64,000 bases of DNA from Pocillopora damicornis. Lineage: Eukaryota. The stretch covers positions 186,001 to 250,000 of the forward strand of contig NW_020846824.1 in assembly GCF_003704095.1 (NCBI RefSeq), in the 5' to 3' direction. The stretch's first letter is position 1, and each line of letters opens with the position of its first letter. Positions 11,844-23,900 of this stretch are shown here, in pieces. The position numbers and the translations under genes were made by a program. The notes beneath the pieces are model-generated. The model saw nothing but the letters and a program-made list of their open reading frames with translations. It was not told where the DNA came from and did not search any database.

Positions 11844-14552
11844 TGACTTGTTGGTTACCGAAGATTACTGCTTGACGTGAAAGATTAAATTTTAATTCCT
11901 TAATGTCAATTTTATGAGTTTAAAAAATGAAGTGAAATCGGAGCTGGAGGCAGGAAGCAGTCAAAGTGACTCCTGCTCAATTGATGGCTTTTTCGGCTGC
12001 CAGTAAAGTACAAAGGAAAATATTAAATATTCATAATAAGAACAGTTTTATCATGTTGTGAATATTATATTATTTGAATTTGGCTGATGTATAGAGGAAC
12101 ATCCCGAGTTTTGATCAGATTGCGGTTAAATTTGGCTAACTCTGCTTTTAAGCTGATTTACGGTTAGCACGCGTGAAACTCCACCTCGGTTTTCAAGTAA
12201 ACGCAGAGTTGCCTTTTTTACGCGAGGTGAGTATCCGATTGCTTGGAGGTCGATGATGTTCTGTGCCTCCCAATAAATTAAAGAGACATGTTTGCGTAAC
12301 AGAGAGAGAACCATACTAAAAGCAGAATTTATTGTCTTACTTTTCCAATCAAATTGCGTTACCTAGGTTCATTAGAGACTAGGATAAAGAGAATGAAAAT
12401 TATCAATGGGAAGGTTTGCAAGAAAATGCCTTTGGGATCCTTTTTAACGGTCAATTTTATTTAATTTAGCGAGGAATTTAGGTTCTAGATTCAGCATGTA
12501 GTCGGGACTTTTGGACTGATTTGCGTTGAAAATCGACTTCCTCTAGCTTGAGAGTCTTGTGCACCGGAAATCAACTTACATGTATTTATATTGCCACTTT
12601 TTGTTCATCTGTCTCGATAAGAAAAGGAGAGAGCATAAATTACTCGTCGAAAAATGAAAAATTGGTTTCTCATGCAATAGCATTTTTCAAAGGAAGAAAG
12701 GATGATTTATGGCAAAGAATACACCCGGCACGAGTTTGCAGGACTTGCATTGTCTTTTTACGTTTGTGAACATGCCAAGACTAAAAGCTAAATGTTTGTG
12801 CTACGGAATCATATTGCAATTGAGTTTGTTTAGCAGAAAAAGCGCTGGGGGGTTGAATCTATACAAGTTTGATTTCACATAAAGGTCAGTCCACCATGAT
12901 AAATATTGATGAATAATTTTTATTAGTAATTATACTCCCTCATATCAACTGCACAAGTAAACTAAAAACCAGGAGCTAAGTTTATCTTTTAAGTGCATGG
13001 AACAGCTCGGTTTTTTTCCCTAAGCAAATATCAATTTACTGCGGAGATACGTGAAGTTTTTCTTTTCACACAGAAGTTTGTTGTAGTGTTTTGGTTTTAT
13101 AAACTGCATCACAAATGCTTAGACAAAATAATCATAAACTATTAAAAGAATAATTTTGAATGCAATTTTGAAAATATCTGATATCTCTCAATATGCATTT
13201 TGACTTTACATAAAATAATATAAGTTTTGTGCTTAGCAGGAGTCACATTTTTGAGATTTTAAAAGTAAAATGCTAATCAGATTTGATAAACCACGAGATC
13301 ACAAGACTAAAAATATACGAGAAATACATCAAAGTCGATACTCTGGAGGTTGCCAAGTTATTTAGCGTAACCAATGATATAGAAAAGGCTGCAAGACGAG
13401 AAAAAATGAATGATTTTTTTTCTGTATCGAGAGGGGAAAATTTTAATTAGATTTCGAGTCGGAATTCATCAAAGGTCTAAAAAGTGTTAGATTGCACTCG
13501 TTACTGCAGTTAAAAAATTGGTAAAAAGAATTTCACTCAAGCGACGGAACTCCCGTTCGAATATGTGTTATATCAGTAAGTGTTTAATTTATGTAATCAA
13601 GTCCAAGAGCGAAAGTAAAGTTCATTGTCTGGGAGACGATTTCTTAACATAAAAATTGACAAACCAACAAGTTATACATTTCTATCTTTTCTGAATACGA
13701 ATGCTACTTTGCCATGTTTTTGAACAGACGTGAACAACATCTGTTATGGTCCTATTCAGCCTAGAGAGAAAGGAAAAAAAAGGGTTAGTCCACCGCAATT
13801 TGCATCTGCCGCAGACAATTTCATTTTAAAAGCACCTTTCAGCCTTGTTATTAAGTGATTCCTCCTCATCTCTTTCAGTTAATTTCAAAGTCTAATGGCC
13901 GAGCTTATAAATTATTCACAATAACTGCGGCTTGTCTAACTAAGCAAGCCTTGTTAGCACACACCTTCTCCAGTAATTTCCATTTGCCGCTTTGAATACA
14001 TGTTATAAATATTCGATAATGGCAAACAAGCTTGTTCATACAACAAATAGCAACAATTTCAGACAACAGTCCCGCCCTACTCTAGAGTGGTTTGAATCGA
14101 CAGGCGGCAACTACCCGTGCGCTAAAATTCTGATAATCTCGTCTTCTATTTCGCACTATGGACGTTTTAAATCGAGGCATTTAATTGCATGCAGTACAGT
14201 CAGCAAATTTGGCAGCATCCGTTGTGGTTCAGGTGGGCTCATTTTCATGAAAAATGATCAATAAACGTTAGCCAACCTATGAGAACGAAGTCACTCATCA
14301 AGTGAGGCATCGTTTTTGTACTAAATGAAACAATCGCTATCCAAAATTTCGACATATATTGATTGATATCTATATATCGGGCAGAATTTTTTCCTCAGAA
14401 CTCAATTTTTCTGGCAGAGGCTTTGACAATAAGCGTCCAATTTTTTTATATTTCAGCTGTGGTGGTGAGAATGCGTTTTAATCGATCAATTTGTTGCGAC
14501 GTTGTGGTGTAAGCTGAAAAAGGAATTCACTTCACTCATGGCAAGAAAATGT

Positions 14553-14587
14553 TATAAATAGAGGGTTATCATATTGTCACTTACTTT
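14553..14587 (+). promoter_or_regulatory. TATA box plus initiator of receptor subunit 1
   Basis: TATAAA at 14553-14558. The Inr-consensus TTACTTT has its A at 14583, 30 nt downstream and 52 nt before the signal-peptide ATG. The short 5' UTR contains a (GAA)n run. Confidence 0.6.
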
Positions 14588-14634
14588 GAAAGAAGAAGAA
14601 GAAGAAGGAAGTCAAACGTCCCGAACAATCAGCA

Positions 14635-17600
14635 ATGAAAGGACCGCTGTTTTTTTGCATCATTTTGTGCTTGTACTGGAGCCTATTTCCTGTGTCAACA
14701 GGTACACTAGTTCTCTTTATATATAATGTCTATTAACATACATTGTCGAACAAGACAACTCTCTATCTACCCCCAACTAGTGCTTCGGAGACGTCTGAAC
14801 TTCATACATGACCTGATCATGAAAGCGCTTGATTGTATCTTGAAACCACATGACGCAATTTCGAGTTGAATGTTTTTTTCAAGCGCAATTCATTTAAAAA
14901 TTTGAATCACTCTGCATTTGTTTGAACAACGATTTTCGACGTAAAAGGCTCTTTATTTGTCTCGTTGGAACTCCTTTTTGTGAGTATTCCCCCATTAACA
15001 AGAACTGATGCATATTTTTTTCGGAATTTAAAATTTTAAGTTGTTCGATCGAGCGTCAATTGCCAATATATATAGATGTCAACTAAAAACTTGCTTAAAA
15101 TTCTTATTCCCAATCGACAAAACGACACTTTTAACACTTTCTTTAAGTAAACGTGTTCATATTGATAGAAGGAAGAGTTGTTTGACTTTGGATGTGTGTG
15201 CAGTACGTTCAACGATCTAATTTAAGCCTTTTTATGGGCTCCATTCATCTGTTATTATAATTGCGAATGCCGTGTGGCAAGGCGTTTAATTTGTAAAAAA
15301 TCAGCATAAAGTGAAATGGGTGATATTCTCAGCTTCTTTTAGGGGACTAATTACTATTTTTCAGTCTAAAAAAAAACGGAATGTGTTCATTTTTCTAAAA
15401 ATCATTTTTCTAAATTGGTTCCCAAACCTTGTTCGATTAAATCCTTCAAAATACGCTTCTCTAAACATTTCTTGATTACCATCCTGACAGATTAACAGTC
15501 ATAATTATATTCATATGAAATGCTCACTGTTATTAATTATTCATGTAATGTGTATTCTGACAGGCTCCAAGGAAAGTTCTCAACAACGCCTGCTGGCACA
15601 TCTGTTCGCAAAGTATGATGGGGACGGCCGTCCAAGCTCCGACAGGTCACGCGCTGTTCTCGTGTCGTTTGGCGCGAAACTTGTCAGGATTATCCAGTTG
15701 GTAAGCACAAATCTTCGACTAAGACTTTTGATAGAAACAATATTGTTTTAATTTCAAGTAAGTGGCGTAAATCAAAAACGAGGTGATCATAATTAACTTC
15801 AAATCAGAATAAAAATAGTTTTCATTTGACTTCATAAAGGAGAAGTCAAAGTGCGAATGAGCTAGAAAAAACGTCAGCCACCCAGTCCTAATTGGTTTAC
15901 ATTTTTTCAGGATCTGATTGGTTGAGAGGACGGCGTGAGTTTTCTAGAGCAATTAGAAAGTGCGACAAAGTAATCTCAGACAAGCTTTAAAGTCTCAACT
16001 GAAAAAAACAAGAACGACAGCAATGTTTATTCGGTTACTTGGATGGGTGAATGGAGAGTTATTGTAAAGATAGTAATATATATGCCCAACATTGGACCAT
16101 AAATTGACCAGCTTTTTGTTTCAATTTGTTTCTGCACTATTTTATTATAGAATGAAAGAGGAAATACGATTCGTTCTCAATGGTGGATCTACCAGGTAAA
16201 AAATTATTACAATTAGAATTGCAAAATTCACTCATATATTTAGGAAGGTTATACGTGCACAGTTTTATAAAAATCTAATTTTGAAGAGAGATTTTTTACT
16301 TATGTTATTATATCCTAATACTTTATATTCTTGGGATTTGAGGTTTTGAATCGTAGTGAGCAGATCTGTTATCAAATCTATTACTGGTTTAAAATTCTAC
16401 TTCACTCTGTTTATACATTTATTTAATATATATATTTTAATTTGTACCCATGCCCCTCTCACAATTCTTATTCAGCAATGGATGAATTCTGACTTGACTT
16501 GGAACGAGGCTGACTATAATGGAACCAAGGTTATTCACGTGAGTCCCAGAAAGGTCTGGGCACCAGACATCATACTGTACAACAGGTGAGAGTATGAACC
16601 CCTTCCACCCTAATATCAGTATGCATATTCTCTATACTGCTCTTCATGCAGTTCTTAAGGCGCTGACAAGGAGAAATTGTTTAACAATCAAGAGCGTCTT
16701 AAGTTGGTGATCGTTTCTTTTTTTTCTGATGATTTTAATGCGCGATTCCGGGGAGTGGTATTAATATACTATTTACTCTTTAAGGTTTACAAGGCGGCTG
16801 ATAACTGCCAGTGCTTACAACCAATTTTCGTGACACTCAGTTTACTTAACAATTCAACATTTTTACTTCTCACTGCTGGGCTGGATTGTTCAAAGCTGGG
16901 TTAAGATAACCTAGGCTAAGTATGAAATCTGAATTAAGATCTGACAATTTAATTATTGGATGCTCTAAACAGAATAAAGAAAACTATCCTTAAAAGGCTT
17001 TTGAACAAAATAATAAAGAAGCCCGAATTTAAAATTTCACCTTGGGTTAGCGCTAATCGGCCTTTGAACAACTGGGCTCAGGATGGAAAGAGGCCATTTT
17101 GAGAGTAAAGTGTCTTGCCGGGAAATTTTCTCAGACTTTTTTCAACGCGTAATTAATATCATGTATGAGATAGATACAGCTTGGGTAGGCTAAGCTTACT
17201 TCTAACATTTGTGATCTCATTGATAAATCATTACTTTTAAAATGATATAAGGAAGCATTTTCAAGTGTTCACAGATTTATAATTTGCACGTAATTAATAG
17301 CAGGCCACAGTTTCTCATCCCACACAATCAACTTTTTAACCTCTCACATTAAAACCCTTTGTTAACAGATAGAAACAGGGAAAAAAAAAAGGGAGCAACA
17401 TGTAACGTCCCCATGCGATATCAGCACGGCTAGGGGCTCTGCCTCATGCACCACTTTTTTGTCATTATCACATTTTAACATCAGCATGAAATATTTTTGT
17501 TAAAATGATTAGAAGGGGAGTTATGTTGATGAGTTAATCTAAGTGTACTTGAAAATCCATACTCGTCAGGGCGTGGCCTGCTATTACTGTATTTATCATA

Positions 17601-19819
17601 ATTAACTTATCACAGTGTGCGGTTCGCTGACAGTGCTGACGATAACGACAAACTTGGTGGAGGAACAGAGAAGTATAAAACCAAGATAGCAATAAACTCC
17701 AACGGATCGTGCAAGTGGATGGCGCCAGCAATCTTTCAAAGCACGTGCGAAATCAATACGAAATACTTTCCTTTCGACGACCAGGTTGGTCATTTGAATT
17801 ATGGTCATAGAATTATTGGCAATTATGGCTCGTTGTACAAATGTGTGCTTAGTTGCCAAGCTTTTGAACGGAAGTGAGGCTGAGGATGACTGCCACCTTC
17901 AGTCTCACTCTGACTCACTGTAACATGTAATGGAAACGAGAAACCAGTAAGCTTTATCATAGTTGAGTGATTACTTGTAAAAAACCGGAAAAATATGCTT
18001 TGAAAGAACTCCTCTTCAAAAGCTTGACAACTACGCACCCGAGTTTAAGATAAACTGCTACCAAAATGATCAAAAGTAACAATGGACGTTTTAACTAAAA
18101 GCTGAGAAATCTCGATTTTGCTACATGGCTGAGGTCACGATTCGTTGTGTAGGTCTGTAAGTCAAAACAGATCTTAAAATCGCCTAATGTCCACTCTGTT
18201 TAAGATCTGCACGCTTAAGTTCGGATCCTGGGCTTTTGATGGCAGCGAGCTGGATGTTGCTGTTGACGAGTCTGAGACTGGTGCCAAGGGAGACATCTAT
18301 CGGAACAATACCGAGTGGGACTTGGTAAAAGTGACAGCGGTTAGAATCGAGGTAAGTGAAGAACAAGGGCGGTTAGAATCGATGGAATTTTTTATTTGCC
18401 AATCCTCTCAGATTAAACGACCCTCACCAGAAATTACAAAGATCTGGATGGATCGCATGGAAAGTTATGAAAATAACACAACGCTAAACGCACTGCAACT
18501 GTACTTTGCTGTTGTTGTTTTTTGTAACAGGACATATACAGCTGCTGTGTTCACCCATACCCAAGCATCATACTTTCGCTTCATCTAAGCAGGCGGTATT
18601 ACTTCTACATGGTGAATCTTGTGGTACCGTGTTCTCTTATAGCCCTCATGGTCCTTCTTTCCTTCATTTTGCCGCCGGAGTCTGGGGAGAGAATAGGACT
18701 GGGTATTACAGTACTTATGGCTATGGCTATCTTCCAGGAACTGACGTCAGCTAAGCTGCCAGCGGATTCCGAATACATTCCGTTGCTAGGTAATGTATTA
18801 TCGCTACTTTAAAAGACCAAGAGGGAACAGCTGATAGAAGGCGTCTGATTTTTGGTATTAGTATGTACGATACAGACACCAAATAAAAATACTTTATTTC
18901 GGTCAATATGCCTAAATATACCAATACCTAATATACCTAGTCCTGACGTGCAGTTTTGTCTCTTTGACCGCTCGGAGGTGAGTAGTACTTGCTAATTACC
19001 TCCAAACCAGCCAGTCGGCACGCGCCAAAAGCACTTTTCACCCGTATAGTATAGTACATACTAGTGATGATGATGATGACACCAGGTTCCTCGGATCTGA
19101 GGAACAGTGGGAAGGTCGTCCTTGTTGACACGCCCACTTAATGCTTGGTACATAATACTTTGAACAATACCAACAAACACATCTTTAATACCGTAAATTT
19201 TTCTGTTTACTTTTCAGCTAAGTACTACTCCAGTGCTATTTTTGAGATTGGTTTGGCTCTGTTTGCCACTTGTGTCATTTTGAACTTTTTCTACCAACGC
19301 TGCGAAATGCCTGGTTGGCTCAAACAGCTCATGTTCAGTTTTCTGGGTCCATTGGTGAGAATAAAGTATACACCTCAACCGTCAAACAAAACTCGTAAGA
19401 AAAACCAAAAAGGTTTGATCGAAGAAAACTTTGAGTTAGCTTCGCAGTCCGAAGGCTCTTACTCGGGGCCCATTGAGTTAAGAAAAATGAATGTGTTAAA
19501 CGATAGTGCATGTGAAGGAAATGGGCGCTGTGGTGAAGCAAAGCCTTCGTCGCCTGTTCATCTCATACGTTCTAGAACACGCAGCAGTATTCGTGAGACT
19601 CCTATTCTGAATGATCAAGTGACAGAAAAACAACAAGGAAAGTATGTGTTCGAGGCGGCTGATGGGTCCCGCGCGGATGAAATAAACAATATTACTGACT
19701 GGCAAATGGCCGCAAAAATTTTGGATCGTGTTGTGCTCGTCCTTGGGATTTTAATCAGCGTTGCAACTTTCCTCGCAATTTTCATGCAAGCACCAAGAGT
19801 ACAAGAGATGTTTTCCTGA
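14635..19819 (+). CDS. Nicotinic acetylcholine receptor-like (Cys-loop, cation-type) alpha-like subunit 1, 505 aa
   Basis: Exons 14635-14701, 15564-15700, 16151-16195, 16476-16585, 17634-17784, 18205-18351, 18531-18789, 19218-19819 (1518 nt, phases consistent). Signal peptide MKGPLFFCIILCLYWSLFPVST; loop A VWAPDIILYN; Cys-loop CEINTKYFPFDDQIC; loop B FGSWAFD; loop C YSCCVHPY; M1-M2 PPESGERIGLGITVLM; M4 AAKILDRVVL. Confidence 0.95.
15868..15985 (-). repeat. Family C repeat fragment in intron 2 of subunit 1
   Basis: CTGATTGGTTGAGAGGACGGCGTGAGTTTTCT matches the reverse complement of the family core. Confidence 0.5.
16595..16795. mobile_element. piggyBac-type MITE, family B (related to the reverse complement of family A), in intron 4 of subunit 1
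   Basis: Shares CACCCT..TGCATATT..AGGAGAA.TTGTTTAACAATCA..GTTGGTGATC with 20774-20986 and more weakly with 38192-38376. Confidence 0.7.
16876..17081. mobile_element. Non-autonomous DNA element (MITE) with CTGGGC..TTGTTCRAAG terminal inverted repeats
   Basis: CTGGGCTGGATTGTTCAAAG ... CTTTGAACAACTGGGCTCAG; an inverted copy lies at 56457-56699. Confidence 0.7.
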
Positions 19820-20773
19820 AATTCAAAAGTGATCATCCGCCCTTCTTTCAAATTATATATCCTTTAAGGTCGGGAAGCTTGATGATCACACAGTGATTCT
19901 CCTAGTCCCTTTGACGCGCCCTTCTGTTCACCTTTATTCATTTTTACAGAAGTGATCTGTTTTACTCGTCGTAAGATAGGTATAAGAAACGCCCTGCAGT
20001 CACTGACAGCAAATTACTCTTTTAAGGGGGGACTAGAAACCAGCGTAATTGTGATATAGTTACAAATAAACAAAAATATGATTTTGGGTAAGAAATAACA
20101 GAAAACAGTCAATAAAGATAAACGTTGTTCAGATCATTGATATTCGACAATTTGTTAAACATGATGATAATAACAAACTTTGCAGCCCCTTATGAAGCAA
20201 GTCAATATACACATGAATTGTAAAATCGTTTGAAGTTAAATTATGACCTATTTCTTAAAAAAAATATATGATTTATTCCTGTTGCTCTTAATCAGCTACT
20301 TCATCTCGGAGCCCTTTTTTCGAAACAGATTTAAGATACTTTCATATTTTTCTGATTGTTGTATTATTTACGCGTAGTCTTTTGAACATTAATAAAAAAG
20401 AAACCATTGAAAACAACTGCAATGATAATTACAAAGATATCAAATTAATCTCATCGGTATGAACCAGATTTTTACTTATCATTAACATATGCAAAACCAT
20501 ACGCAAAAATAACAATGAAATGTAGACATCCTGATATGTTTATCTTCTGAGCCGTTTGGTGGAGAAAAAAAAAAGATTTATTTTCCATATGTCAATACAT
20601 TTATATGTGTTGTTTGAAATAGAGTGTGATACTGGCGATATTGATTGCAGAGCATATCCTGTCTACATCATTTTCATTCACTCATCTACAGTTAATACCG
20701 GACAGAAAGCTGTTGTGACTATGACAGTCTGTTGAAGAGAGCCGTTTCCGAATCAATTGACTACTTAAAAAAC

Positions 20774-20986
20774 TGAGCACTTTACACCCTTAAATTAGTG
20801 TGCATATTTTCCGTACCGTTGCCTACATATTTCCTGAGGTCTAGAAAAGGAGAATTTGTTTAACAATCAGGACCTTCTTTGGTTGGTGATCATTTCCTTT
20901 ATTCTCATGACCTTAACGTCTGACCCAGAGGTGATTTTATAGGGAGAAATTATATGTTGGTCACTCTTAGGCGTTAAGGAGTTGAA
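20774..20986. mobile_element. piggyBac-type MITE, family B
   Basis: Colinear with 16595-16795; the internal TTTATTCTCAT..GGAGAAATT..GGTCACT matches the reverse complement of family A. Confidence 0.7.
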
Positions 20987-23900
20987 GTAATATATTTACC
21001 TTTTCATAGGAAATAAATGCACTTTATTAACGCGATTATAAAAAATTGCCTTTATTAAATGCATCTCAATTTACGACGATAATTCAAATCACACTACATT
21101 GCATCATTGTTGTTTTGCAGTAGCTTTATTTCAATAACAAAATCTCATCTGCTCATGGCTCCATTATCAATGCCTCAGAGTTATTATCTAACAGTTCTTC
21201 CACAAGAAATGTCTTTCAATACGTTTGTTGAGAAGTTTGTATTGAAGAAAATTCGCGTAAAAATATAAAGCTAAGCACACATTGTTTTCGAACAGTTCGC
21301 GTCAATTTGATGTATGCAAACCTAACCTATAGAGAATTCGCTTTAATTTTCTGTAACGTAAATTTTCTTGGCGTTGTCAACATGCATCGTTAAATTCCTA
21401 GCAGAAGGTAAGTCATTTTGTACAGTTCAGAATGCCTGTGGCAAAGAAACTCTCTCTCCGTATTGGCTAGTAACCAATGATGGAGGTCAAATATAAGAAA
21501 TCAAGATGGAAATTTTTTGTTTTTGATAGGTTAGTTGAGGACAAATACGGTAGGTTTTAAAATTAATGAAATTAGAGCTTTCCCCTCGACTTGATTTGAA
21601 ACAAACGTGTGAATGATTGGTTTAGCTCCATAAATTTACCTGGAAGTCTCGTCCCCATACAAACCAATTTATTTCAATTTTTTTAAAACTTGTTTAGTCT
21701 GGTTATTAATAAGAGTGACGTGGCGAAGGAAATAGATGATCATCATAAATCTTTGCAACACAACAGTACTGAGTGTTTGTTCAAATAGCACCTAAAGGAC
21801 GAATGAAAGCCACAGGCGCAGGAAATATCTCGGGCTTCATTCAGTGATTTGCTTAAGCAAATCAAGTTTTAAGTTTCTTATCTTTTAGTCAGGAACGGCC
21901 TTCAACGTGCGAAGATCCATTCGGTTAATCTCGGTCGTCTTGTTGACGAGGTAAGTCTCCTTTTTGTATAATTATCACTGGCCGGATGCTTTTTTTTTTT
22001 ATCTAAGATATCGGAAAATTTTTATATTTTACAACGGGAAAGTGATTCTCACAAGATTGAAGGTTCTTTAGTAAATCTAGAGAAAGTGTAGCTAGCAAAT
22101 TCAGGTCATCTTTGTTTCACACAATGGGGTTTGAAACTCTAATCTGTCTCTTTGTCGATTCAATTACAACACTTTTTACTTACAGGCTAATAGATCACTT
22201 GTCATGTTGTTTGCAATTTTTTTTAATATTGAGCACGTTTGATGTACGCTCATAGCACAAGAATCGAAGACGCGACATACAAAATGGTTTAAAAGCAAAC
22301 TGAACTGAAATGAGAAGTTTTTTCTAGTTTATATGTAAACACCACACACACCACCATATTTACACCCTTGAAACAGCTTTCAGCCTCACCAGAATTTAAA
22401 AAAATCAATAAGTTAAAACTTTATCCACCGAAAATCATATTTTTCGAGTTCTCGAAGTTTTTTTGGCTTGTAAGAAATTCCCAGTAGTCTTGTTCGATAG
22501 AATTTGTAAAGATTTATCTTAGTCATTTAGACATTTATCTAAAATTTAGTTTGCAAACACTTTTTGAAAGAAATTGTTAGTGTTGAAGTGAAAAGCCCTC
22601 AAGGTTCGATCAACTTGAGGCAAAGAATACCTTTGCCGAAACGGTGATATTTTTCTGAGAGACAAAAGACAAATTTTCAGGATGGGGCAAAGCTAATAGA
22701 GTGATCCCGCTTTGTAGAAAATCTCCCATACATAAACAAAAAAAGAATCGCCTACTGCCTGAGGCGAACAGACAATAGATAATTACAAAACCACAATTGG
22801 ATGATGCTTTCTGAGGCGTCTTAAATTTGTCTCAAATATTTCCTGTAGAATCTGGCGATAGGAAAAATCTGCAGTATCAGTCAGATGTTTGGAGAACCCC
22901 TGCCTTTCATGTTTTTTTATCCGTGGCACTAGATCTTAATATTGTTAGCGGAAATTTCTGTTACTCGAATTTAAAGCTGTATTCATTTGTACTCATTCTT
23001 CATCTTTCGAATCAAATCATTGTACAGTAGGCACATCAAAAAAATATCCATTTGTTCGGCTTGTCGCCCATACAATAAATGTGAGGTTTCAAGCGGTAGG
23101 TATCGAAAATATTCAAACGGAAATATACCGAGTGTTAGCCTGAACAGGCAAAATTAACCTTTTCGAACCAAAAAGAGGAATTTTCGAGTACCGATTTCCA
23201 AGAGGTGAGATAAATTATACTTTTATGAGACCGTACTTCATTTATGAGTCACTTTCAGTGATATTTCGAAGTGTAAAATTTTCATACCAGTTCGTTAATA
23301 CCATGCATTCATTAACACTTCATTTACGACACATATTGTACAAAATAAGACCATAAGACAAGAGTTGAGTCTAAAAGAGAACAAAACATTGACTTATCAA
23401 AGATTGGAACAAGTCTTATAAATATTCAAAAAGAGGAAAATTCTCCAAGTAATAAATTCATCAATTTTTGTTAGAACAAATGCGACGAAACACGTCTATC
23501 ACGTCTATAGGTAATCAGTAATGCATTTGTCCTTCGCTTGTAGTTACAGCAGCGCCGATCTGTCTTTTATCTGATCTCTTTTGAAAAGGAAACAAGCGGT
23601 ATCGATAAGTCGAAGGAAATTTGTCCACAGAAAAGGTAAGGGTTTAAATGTCTGTGATTCGGATGAAATAAATTAATTAAGATGAGATTCGGATTAAAGT
23701 AAAATCGAACTATCCTAGGGAGAACTTTGGGCTTGATATATAGATCAACTCTGGGGAGATTCCAGTTCAAAGCTAACTTTTTACAATGTCTCTCGGCCTA
23801 CGGGAATAGATAGTTCTTAGGATTTATTTCTCATTCAAACAGCTTGTGTTATGCAACTATTTAGTTGTTATATCTGCACTGTTAACATATATATCCTGAC

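Noticed and set aside
7669-14500. Short ORFs of 60-107 aa in the intergenic stretch (similar ones occur at 38400-49000 and 61000-64000)
   Set aside because: Random-looking composition with no domain motifs or coherent exon chains.
19063-19100. C/D-box snoRNA (GTGATGA ... CTGA)
   Set aside because: The boxes are under 40 nt apart and the C box is part of a TGA microsatellite.
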